From Lepidodermella squamata (taxonomy: Eukaryota > Animalia > Gastrotricha), in NCBI GenBank assembly GCA_047495785.1, contig JBLDXI010000017.1:1178001-1242000 (forward strand): a DNA stretch of 64,000 nucleotides. The letters run 5' to 3'. This document shows, one piece after another, positions 49,409 to 59,222 of the stretch. The notes beneath the pieces were generated by a model. That model was not told the DNA's origin and did no database searches. It worked only from the letters and a program-made list of their open reading frames with translations. How positions within the stretch are numbered: position 1 is the first letter of the stretch; every line of letters starts with the position of its first letter. The translations under genes and the position numbers were made by a program.

Positions 49409-50590
49409 TTAGCCTCTCAACAGAACATGCAATGGGTGGTGAGATACGGTCTTACTGGCTGCGGTCTTTTTAGGGCTCAGCGGCTCGAATGGTTGACCGA
49501 GGTAACGAGCGAAAACTTCGGAGAACAGAGATTTCAACTCTTCATTCTCTTGGTCCAGAAAGGATGTAGTTCGGATGGGTCGCGCAGTCGTAAGTGAGCT
49601 ATCCTGCAGCCTCCGCAACAGAGAATCAAAGTCCATATTCATTACGTCCGAGTAAGTCCTCAGTTTCCCAGTGCTGTTGGCCATCTTTTCACTTTTAAGA
49701 TCCACGTAACTCCTCCTGATCAACGAGTCCAGGTCTTTGAATCCAAGTGAGTAATTCTGACTTAATCCCATTTTCCGAAATGCGGACGAAAACCCGGCTG
49801 AAAAGCCATGGTAAAATTTGGCTTCGGCTACTACATCGCCCTCGGAGAAGCTTTGCAGAACATGATTAGCTATCAAAGGAATAATTGCCGCATTCGATAT
49901 AACTCGCCCTCCTCGTAAGAGCACGGACTGTGTCGTTGAAGGAATAATTGAGGCTGTTGTGCCGACGGTTGTTGGAACTTCCAGGAGACCTATCAAAAAC
50001 TGTTCTAATTCTGACACTTTTTCTGACGACGAATCACGTCCGGTTACATTTGTTATCGTTGATGTTGTTGATGAAAAATTCCCAGCCTTACTTATAGCAT
50101 GAAGCGTAATGGGTATCCTCGTGGTTCGATATGTTGAACGAACGTCTTTGGTCGATAACTTCTCTTGACGAGACGAGCGCGTCGAGGCTGAAGTGGGCGG
50201 TGGTTTTGTTGTGGATGTAGTAGTCGATTTGTAGGCTAGGATTGTTTTTAAAGTCGTCGGTTGTTCTGCTTTCTTAGGAATAGGGGTACTAATAATTCGA
50301 TTTGCATGACTGCTGAATGGCACAGATTGCTGTTGCAGTTTGTACCGTGCTGCTGCATTGCCGAAAAAATTGGCAAGTCTCAGCCGTTCTTCAATAAGAC
50401 GACTGAAGTCACTAGGGCTCGTTGCGTTGCTAGCAGTAATGGTCGGCATGAACTTCTGGAATAAGGCTTCAAAACTCAACGTAGTAGATCTGTTGATTTT
50501 CTTGTAATCACCAGAGACTTTCAGGCCGAGAGCTGTCTTCCCTCCCATCAAGACAGAGAATAATGCAAAAGCTTGAAGCAATCGAACCAT
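49409..50590 (-). CDS. Secreted Ser/Thr-rich (mucin-like) orphan protein
   Basis: Intronless 393 aa; signal-peptide-like MVRLLQAFALFSVLMGGKTALG; T/S-rich core; N-glycosylation sequons. Confidence 0.7.
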   Translation of the reverse strand: MVRLLQAFALFSVLMGGKTALGLKVSGDYKKINRSTTLSFEALFQKFMPTITASNATSPSDFSRLIEERLRLANFFGNAAARYKLQQQSVPFSSHANRIISTPIPKKAEQPTTLKTILAYKSTTTSTTKPPPTSASTRSSRQEKLSTKDVRSTYRTTRIPITLHAISKAGNFSSTTSTITNVTGRDSSSEKVSELEQFLIGLLEVPTTVGTTASIIPSTTQSVLLRGGRVISNAAIIPLIANHVLQSFSEGDVVAEAKFYHGFSAGFSSAFRKMGLSQNYSLGFKDLDSLIRRSYVDLKSEKMANSTGKLRTYSDVMNMDFDSLLRRLQDSSLTTARPIRTTSFLDQENEELKSLFSEVFARYLGQPFEPLSPKKTAASKTVSHHPLHVLLRG

Positions 50591-50776
50591 TGTAGCAAAA
50601 AATAGCTGTTAAGCAAGTTTTCGAGTGAGACTTTTGTCTTTGCGTGTGATTGTGAAACAGTCTTGTTGTAGCTTTATTTTTGTCATCTTACTGAAAATTT
50701 ATCACGCAACGTTTACATACAAAGCGTTTAAAGTGTTAAGAAAATGGCATGAATGGCGTGTCAAGCCACTTGTTTA

Positions 50777-51430
50777 TTAACGGCGCCCGAACATGTTGCC
50801 AATGCGACTCAGCACACTGCCAGACGACGAGTCTGACGAACCAGATGATCCAGATGATCCACTAGACCCGCCAAATAAGTTACCTAGGTTATCCAAAATA
50901 CTGCCGCTTTTCTTGCTGTCATCTGAAGACGAACCAGATGGTGGCTGCGCTGTCGAGCCACCTTGTCGTCGAAAGGCACCAATAATGGTATCGAGAGGCC
51001 CACTTCCTGACCCGCTGGATCTGCTAGAGCTGCTGCTGCTGTTACTGCTGAAAAAGCCAGTTATCTTCGAGATAACACTCCCGAACCCACTGTCAGATCC
51101 TGAGTCAGAGCCTGACCTCTGGCCGTTGTTATTGCCGTTATTGTTGCCCAATAAAGAACTTCCGATGTTGATGATATCTGCAACATCTAGATTCTGTCCA
51201 GCTCTTGGCGTTGCCTGGCCTGCTTCAGTCGTTGTACTCGTCGAGCCCTTAGTCGGTCTTCGGTTGTTAGGCGCTGCAGTAGTAGTAGTAGTTCTCTGCG
51301 TTTGTTTCGGCGGTGGGGTGGGTGGCCAATCGCCATCGATGTCGATGTCAGCGAAAGGATCAGACTGGGCTTGAGATGTTGCTAGCAAAAAGCTGCAAAG
51401 GGCAACCAACACAACAAGTAGGGAATGCAT
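50777..51430 (-). CDS. Secreted Gly/Ser-rich protein with short amphipathic helices
   Basis: 217 aa from ATG 51430; signal peptide; Thr-rich segment; helices separated by GS linkers; ends FGRR; TATA-like element about 70 nt upstream. Confidence 0.75.
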   Translation of the reverse strand: MHSLLVVLVALCSFLLATSQAQSDPFADIDIDGDWPPTPPPKQTQRTTTTTAAPNNRRPTKGSTSTTTEAGQATPRAGQNLDVADIINIGSSLLGNNNGNNNGQRSGSDSGSDSGFGSVISKITGFFSSNSSSSSSRSSGSGSGPLDTIIGAFRRQGGSTAQPPSGSSSDDSKKSGSILDNLGNLFGGSSGSSGSSGSSDSSSGSVLSRIGNMFGRR

Positions 51431-51685
51431 GTTGAATGTAATCACAAAAGACAATGAATGAAAAACTCAACGCCAACAGCTTTCAAGACTATTGCTTTTA
51501 TAAACCCCCTCAGTCGCTCTAACACGGAATGATGAGCACGTTTTCCTCCTGCCAAAAATGTGTAGACTTAAACTGTCTTTTATACAGTGTCCTACTCTAG
51601 GCTAATCATGGGTAGTAATTACGTCGTCAATCTTTAGAAAGTGGTGTTTACTTCAAGGTAAATTCTTTGCTTTCAACTCAGCATT

Positions 51686-54137
51686 TTACAGTTTGAAGAT
51701 TCCTTGAAAAAAGTTTGCTACTGGTTTAAAAAAATCGGTAATTGTTTGTAGCACTCCACCTCCTCCTCCTCCGCTATTTGAATCGTTGTTTCCTCTCGGC
51801 CCTGGAATGGGCCCACCGCCAAGAAGACTTGCTCCAACTTCGAAAACAGAAGCAGCCGTTTCGACTGCTTTCTGATCAACACCAGGTGCCTTCCCGATTT
51901 CGCGAATTCCCATTCCAGCCAAACCGGCCCCCGCTCCTACAGCGCCCATCGGCCCACCGGAAGCGATTGGAACAGCAACTGCGGCCACTCCACCTAAAAC
52001 CTGTTTAGCGGTATTCACAGCGTTATGATCTGCGCCGGGGATCGTTTTAATGGCCTCCATTCCCATATTTACACCCTGAATAGCCAAGCCAGAGATCAGA
52101 TTTGTTGGTAAGCCTCCTGCTGAACCAGATGACGATGATGAGGATCCCGATCCCCCAGAGGAGCCTCCACCCGTCATGCCACCTAACATTGGAAGGCCCA
52201 TCGATAGAGCTCCTCCGACTACGCTTTTCGCAGTGTCCACCGCTTTCGCATCGGCTCCTGGAATACCTTTCGCAGCGTCCAAGCCCATGTTAACACCTTG
52301 ACTCGCCATACCGGAAATCATTCCCATGGGCAATCCACCGGCTGCTGATGATCCATTAGAACCACTGGATGGCGAGCCGGATGATGCTCCGCCCATCATT
52401 CCCATAATCATAGGCATCCCCATTGATAAAGCGCCGCCAATTATTGGCTGAGCTGCATTTATAGCGGCGGGATCAGCTCCAGGAATACCTTTCGCCGCCT
52501 CCATGCCCATGTTAACACCTTGAATTGCCAGACCGGAGATCATTCCCATAGGCAACCCTCCAAGTGGGGAATTTGAAGAAGACGAATTACCAGCTGTATT
52601 TTTGGAGCCAGATGATTGTTGACCAGCCATCATCCCCATGACCATCGGCATCGCTGCACCTACTATCGGTTTCGCGGCATCGACTGCGGCGGGACTGGCC
52701 CCGGGAATGGTCTTCAATACTTCCATGCCTTTGTTGAGGAGTGCATCCAGGATGCCAGCTGAAGGGGCCGAAGTAACGGCTGCGCTTGGAAAGTCTGAAA
52801 ATAAAGCGAGATAATAGGGGAAATAATCGTTAAAACTTGTTAGACATACCGGTTACCAAGTCACCTTTGAAGGGAATTCCATGCACCAAATCGTCCGTAA
52901 AAGGTTTAAAAGTTGACGTCGCTGCCTGGGATGATTTGGATGTTTGAGAGTTGTCGTTAAAGTCGTCGAGATCAATGTCAAATGGGTCTTGCTCATCTTT
53001 CTTTACAGGCTGCCTTGCCGTATCTCGACGGCGTCGGCCCAAGTTGATAAAGGCCTCCAACAAAGATGATAGCGAATCTCCCACCACGCCCATGGTTCTG
53101 CTGTCAGCACCCGCCGCGGCTCCGATGCCCCGCGTAAGCCCACCTACGCCGCTCCCAATCGCTCGACCCATTCCGTTAGCTGATCCGTTTCCAGATCTTG
53201 TCTGAGGTGCATTCAAGCTTGAAACGCCCGCTTGAAAAACAGGAGCTAGAACACCTTGAACTTTATTCAGAGTTGCATTATCAACGCCTGGCATATCAGC
53301 GGCTCCTGCCAACGCCGACAAAGCGCTTACTCCTAACATTGTGGGAATTGAGCGCTCTAGGCTGCCATTTTTTAGACCGGAGCTTGCTGCTTGAAGGCCA
53401 CTAAGAGCAGCGCCACCCACGATTCCGATTCCGATCTGCGCCTGGTTAGCAACTGTTGCGTTGGACCCGTTGCTTTTACCGGCGACTTCCGCCAGAGTCA
53501 AGGCCGAATTAACAACAGATGGAATAACTGCCCCTGCCTGGTCTAATGGCCCGTTTTCGTCTGAGGATGGGATGTACTCCCCGTCGCGATTTCGTTCTCG
53601 TCGCTGGTTGACAGCATTCCCTCTCGCTGCATTTATCACGGATCCGACAGCATTACTGACTGAACCAGCAGCCCGTTGCGAATCTCTTGCGTTAATTGTT
53701 CCGTTTGAAACGCCAGCGACAAATGACCCGAAAACATTGCCGAGAAGACCAAACGCCCCCGAGTTGTCCGTATTTTGATTTGAGTCAGCATATTGGTCAT
53801 TTGAACCACTTGGGCCCATGTCGTAGTTCGCAAGACGAGGGTCTGAAAATCCTGAAGAAGGTTTTGGTGCCGGAGCAGGTTGTTGCCTTGGTACGGGATT
53901 GGATTTTTGTGTCGTAGTTTCTGGGATCAGAATTCGTGTTCGGCGAGCCCCCTTCGTTGTAGCAGGGGTTGTTACAACAAGCTGGCCTCCTTCAGAAGCA
54001 TCATTCGCCCCGTCAATTCCATTCGATCGACGCCGATTGTTAGCTGCAGCTCCAGCAGCAGGATTGTTATTTTGGGCATGTACAACTATTAAGGTGGAAA
54101 ATGCCACCAACGATATAATAACGAATTTTGACATCAT
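51686..54137 (-). CDS. Large secreted Gly/Ala/Met-rich repeat protein (~798 aa)
   Basis: Two ORFs joined in frame by a 55-nt GT-AG intron (52795-52849); signal peptide; polybasic sites RRRS and GRRRRD; ~70-aa repeats. Confidence 0.75.
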
Positions 54138-54373
54138 TCGCCAAAAGATGAATGACAGAAGCTGCGGATTTTCCTGGAGCCAACAGAAATGCGTGGGTAG
54201 CTATGTTTGCAGTCGTGAACGCGTGGCCTTTTTCATGTTGACATGGCCTCGATTCGTTTTATATACCACGCGCAGAAAGAGACCTGTCTTGTTATATCAT
54301 GAATGAATTTTATTAAACGTCATAAAAACAGAAAAAAATGACTAGGCCACAGCGCAAAAGTAGCGTTAAAAGA

Positions 54374-56443
54374 CTAGGAAGCTATCGGCTTCAGGACGTT
54401 GTGTCGCCGCCTTTCCGCGGATTTGTAGTATTGCAGCAATTGTTCGGTGACTGATGGAATTCTTTTGACTTTCGAAATGCGGAACTGCCCATCGCTATGC
54501 CGTTCAATCTTTGGCGCGCCAGCTTCTTTATTCCCATTAAGGAAATGTCCTACCGAAGTGCAAGCTGTTCCACCGCCTTGTCGTAGTGGAGGGAGTCTGA
54601 AAGGCGCAGTGAGGGTCTTCTTTTTATCGTTTTGAGGGGTTTCAGCCACTGCGTCGACGAGTACTTGATTATAATCATCACTCTCGATTTTGAAGCTGAT
54701 TGTTTTTGGTTTCCGTCGCTTGATCTTCAGACTATCGAGGCTTAGCGTATCACCACTGATACTCCCTGAACCCTGCGAATTCGGCGGAACGTTCAAATCG
54801 TACATTTTCGAGAATTTCGCTCTGAGCTTTGAAATGCCAGACGTAGTAAATCGAGGGGTGTTGAGCCGCGATTGCCGGACATCGGAACTATCGTTATCTT
54901 CTTCTTCTTCATCGGACAGAAAATGTCGAGTTTTGTAACCACCGTTTAGCAAGTTGGCCTGACGATTGACTTTTCTCAGCCCTCTTCCAGATGATACTTG
55001 GCTATGAATACCACGGATGTTTTGAAGTAACGCGGACGCTTCTTTCATAGCTTCGGTATGTCGCGACTCTAAATTTCCGTCGAATGTATAAGCCCTTGGG
55101 CCAAAAATAGGAGAATCAGAGCGCTGGGTGAATTTGACAGAAGCGTTGAAGGATGATATCGCTTGTCCATCAGGCCTACGATTGGCACTGTTCCAAAGTC
55201 GTGAGTTGGGGTCAGCATGTCGGTCGTAGATCTGCCTAGTTGGAGATATCGAATAATTGCTTCGTGAGGACATTCGTGAGGAAGAAATAACTACAGCAGC
55301 TATTTCCTGAACACTCCGATTGAGCCTGCGTCTAGTTTCATCCTCTTGAGACCCTTCCTTGCCATTCTCGCCACCTTCAGAATCTGAAAAGGTGGTTCTA
55401 GGGTAGGCTGCGCTGATTCCGTATGATGAAGATACTAAAATATCGTCATCGGAACCATCGAAGGACATGTCTGAGGATAAGAAGCTAGAGTAGCGGTTAT
55501 CGTTCGAAAGTCTAGCCTTGATTTTCCGCCGCATCTTCTTGTTGAGATACTGAATCACCGACCCACCATCTTCTTGGTCATCGCCATCTTTTTGGCTGAT
55601 CCAAGTATCGCCCTCTTCAAGACCTTCCGGTTTCACGGTACCGTCATTTGACGCGGCACCACCTTTAGCTCCCTTGAATCTAACCGTGTTCTTCCCCCTG
55701 CCCTTATTCTTGACTCGATTCAATTTTTCAGCGGCAATAGCTGCTCGTTTCGCCTCACGTCTCGCCGTTTTCGCCGCCTCGATTGGATCAGCAATTTGGC
55801 TACCACGGCCGAAACCAAGAAGCTTCCCACCTTTCCTGCTGCCGCCTTCCATTTTCGAACCAGGTGCTGGTGTGATAGCTGGCCCAGGGGTGGTTGCGTC
55901 GGTTTGAGGGCTTGAACTTTCTTCTGTTTCTTCCTCCTCTTCATCTTCATCTTCTTCATCAGTTTCTTGCTCAGTAGTTTCGGGCGAAATCTGTCGACTC
56001 GCAAGTTCTTCGACTTCCTCTTCTGGTAATTCTTCGATCTCAACGCGAGGAAGTTTTTTCGACCAAGCTGGGCCGTCTTCAAGCTCCATCTCTAGTATTT
56101 TTCGCTGCCTCTCCCGATATCTCTGTAACCGAAGTCGCTCCATGGTTTCTTGAAGCCCCGTACCCGAAACGCCAGGCCGGAAGTCTTTGTGCTTAAACGT
56201 GCTGGCATACCTGCCTCGATATGTCGAGTTGGGCAGGAACATGTCTGGAGCCAAGGGATTTTTGAGCTGTAGCAGCATCCGCTCGTAGGGTCGGCATTTG
56301 TGGCGCGGGAACATCCGCGCATAATCTGGATTGATTTGACTTGCCAATGGTGGCAATTCATCTGTCTCGAGATGCTCGGGAGAAGTTGGGCAATTCGCAT
56401 CTTTACACGCCTCAAAGCGACGCGTGTGAAGTACAGGGAACAT
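54374..56443 (-). CDS. Orphan, largely disordered 689-aa protein with N-terminal Cys/His module
   Basis: Long intronless ORF; acidic, basic and Ser-rich tracts; N-terminus similar to the gene at 62497. Confidence 0.75.
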   Translation of the reverse strand: MFPVLHTRRFEACKDANCPTSPEHLETDELPPLASQINPDYARMFPRHKCRPYERMLLQLKNPLAPDMFLPNSTYRGRYASTFKHKDFRPGVSGTGLQETMERLRLQRYRERQRKILEMELEDGPAWSKKLPRVEIEELPEEEVEELASRQISPETTEQETDEEDEDEEEEETEESSSPQTDATTPGPAITPAPGSKMEGGSRKGGKLLGFGRGSQIADPIEAAKTARREAKRAAIAAEKLNRVKNKGRGKNTVRFKGAKGGAASNDGTVKPEGLEEGDTWISQKDGDDQEDGGSVIQYLNKKMRRKIKARLSNDNRYSSFLSSDMSFDGSDDDILVSSSYGISAAYPRTTFSDSEGGENGKEGSQEDETRRRLNRSVQEIAAVVISSSRMSSRSNYSISPTRQIYDRHADPNSRLWNSANRRPDGQAISSFNASVKFTQRSDSPIFGPRAYTFDGNLESRHTEAMKEASALLQNIRGIHSQVSSGRGLRKVNRQANLLNGGYKTRHFLSDEEEEDNDSSDVRQSRLNTPRFTTSGISKLRAKFSKMYDLNVPPNSQGSGSISGDTLSLDSLKIKRRKPKTISFKIESDDYNQVLVDAVAETPQNDKKKTLTAPFRLPPLRQGGGTACTSVGHFLNGNKEAGAPKIERHSDGQFRISKVKRIPSVTEQLLQYYKSAERRRHNVLKPIAS

Positions 56444-59222
56444 ACTATAGCTATAAATTCATCTATAACATCGAATCAACAACTTGAATATTGAACATTT
56501 CGCGTAAGTAAAACTGTCTGTTATTCTTATCTGAATAATTCTACTGCAACTTATTGACCGCTTGCGTATAGGAAAGGAGCAGCCAAAAATTGAGCAAGGT
56601 ACCTAGAAGGTCCTCTTTGTGTTGTTAGTAACGCAAATATTAGTCATTGTGCACTTGGCCACCACGTGATGATATTAGCTATAAGTCAGCTTTTCGCACT
56701 CGATTTTTAAATCTGACGGTTCTACCCCGGTCCTATAGGTGTTAGGTTCATATATAGGAAACGAACATGACTGCGCAAGGCTGGAGCAATCAAATGGAGG
56801 CCTAATCGTTGGAAAGAGCAAGTGCTGGATCCTGTCCATAAAAATTTGACCTTGCGGCAAAATAACGTGAAAAATATTTTAAAACACGAGAAACCTCGCT
56901 TAGATCCGCCCGAAAAATAAATAAATTATTTTTAAATGTATAGCTATAAATGTGATGAAGAGGCACAATTAGAGCCTTAATGTTCGGAGCCTTGTTTCCT
57001 TCAAAATAAATCTAAAAAAATCCACCTCAATATTTCTGGTGAAATCGGAACAAATAGTAATACGAGCTGATGACGCACAAAAAATAGCATTTCGAAAATT
57101 AGACACAAATAGCATTGCAATCTGGCTTTTTCGAATTCAGATATTTTTAAAGCGTTGAAATAACAAACGAACTTAGAAGCCCTAAAACGGGGTATAATTA
57201 ATCTCGCTAAAATTGCGCATTAATTTATAAAGGTGTTTTTACAGCGCCGCAAGAAGAAAACAGACAATTTGCTTTAATTGCTTAAAGACCAGACATATTG
57301 CGGCCATTTGCCAACTGATGGGTAATCAACGCATTCCTCTGCCTAACAACAACACACAAAAAAACGATTAATATCGAAATTATTCGAGTAAAAATAGGCG
57401 CGTAACTATGGCTTATAGCGCGTAAAACTACTACTGTTGTGTTTTGTTCTCACCCTGGTGTAAAAAACGCGACGTGTTTACGTGCATAATGATGATGTGT
57501 ATTCAGGGAATTGAATCTTTAAGCGTAATATAGGATGCAGCTATTAGGAATCGTATAGATGAATAAGTTGTCAAGGCGCATAGGCGTCAGTAAATCGATG
57601 GCTTCGATTCCATGAAAAGAGCGTTTTCTCGTTTTAAGGCTGCTAAATAACAAATCCAAGCCGAAAAACCGAATTCGGTCAAAAAGTGTGAAACAATTGA
57701 AGAAAAATGTTAATTGAACAAAATAATTTCTGAGGTTCTAATTTTTCGAAGGAGCAGGGTGCGCAGAAGGTAGAGTGTCTTGATTAGATGTAAAATTATG
57801 CGCCAATTGAAGCGCGTCCATCCAATCCTGCGCGCAGGTCCATCTGGTTTTGGTGTGGCTTTATTGCATATAAGACGTGAGCGCAAAATTCGTCATACTG
57901 CTTTTGGGTTTGGTTTGAGATGCATGGATTGGAAACCCTGGTGATTAAGCCAATCCACCTGCAAAACTTGTCGGCAATAAAACACCGGGCAATCACTCTT
58001 ATTTTCGCTGCCTATTTGATTAAATCATGCGTTTTAACCTTGAGCAACTAGATATTTTTCGACCTAGGTTATTTTTTCGTAAATTTCTTAAATATAAGCG
58101 AGTTTCAAATAATATTTTCGGTACATTGCTTCAAAGTATTATAATGGCTATTATTCCGTGGGAAATACTCTTGATTTTTATTTCCAGAATATTCTGATTA
58201 AATTCTAATATATTTTCGAAATATTTATAATACTGCTCATTATGTTTCGGGAAGGTAATTGAGTATGACATGGTAACCGATAGTTTGAAAATTACAGCCA
58301 CCTCTATATTGAGCGTAAATGATTTTACATTAGTGACGAAATTATATAAAACGCATAAAATCTCAGGTAAATCTCTGAAATGCAATTTCAAAGACCTACG
58401 AGCGTTTCGAATTTTCGAACCTTCATCCCCATTAAATTCAATTATTTAAGATCTTGCGGTGTCTCAATAGCAGTAGATGTGAGCAAGGATGTGAGTACTC
58501 TCAACGCTGGATTTTAAACTATTCCTATTTAATTTTAATTTTAATTTTTTTTCCCTGTTATATTGAAAATATGGACCTACTAATGCTCTCATATTGTCCA
58601 AGTCATTAATTTCTTCATCCCAATAATTTTCGGCGATTATTACTGTCACTCATTTACGCATCCTTATTAATTGTCTCATAACATTTAGGATCATATAGCA
58701 CTTATGAAGCCGACGAAAATTTATCTTTATTTAATGAAAATTACCCCGACTCATCACGGCCGCCGATCTTCGCATATAGGTGCACCTTGCAAAGTGAGCC
58801 GCCGCCGAGTCGCGGTCGCGGCCACGCACCGCCATGATCTTCCACCGCCGTAATATAAATTGCGTTATACTGCCCCGCTTTATTGCCCGCTCGCGCGCGC
58901 GCGGAGGCGGCGGCGGTATAAGGTGTTTTTATTACTCGCTCACTCTCTCAATCGACGCGCGCGAGCGGTGTAAGTGAGAAGACGGACGACACAAAACGAA
59001 AACAACGACACGCAATGATGAGCGTAATTACGACGCGTGAGTGTGACGACCTAGCCGGCAAAAAGCCACGCGCAACGGCAATTGGCCACCAGCTCGACCA
59101 ATTAGCATCAACAACGCCGACATCGCACCACCTTAACGAGAAATTAATTACTCACTCGCTCATCATCATCATCGATTTCAATTAACTTTAATTTCTCGCT
59201 CATTTATTTCCGCACTCATCAA

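Noticed and set aside
50793-54306. Long plus-strand ORFs (50793-51374, 53461-53778, 53899-54306 and others)
   Set aside because: Antisense shadows of the low-complexity secreted genes.
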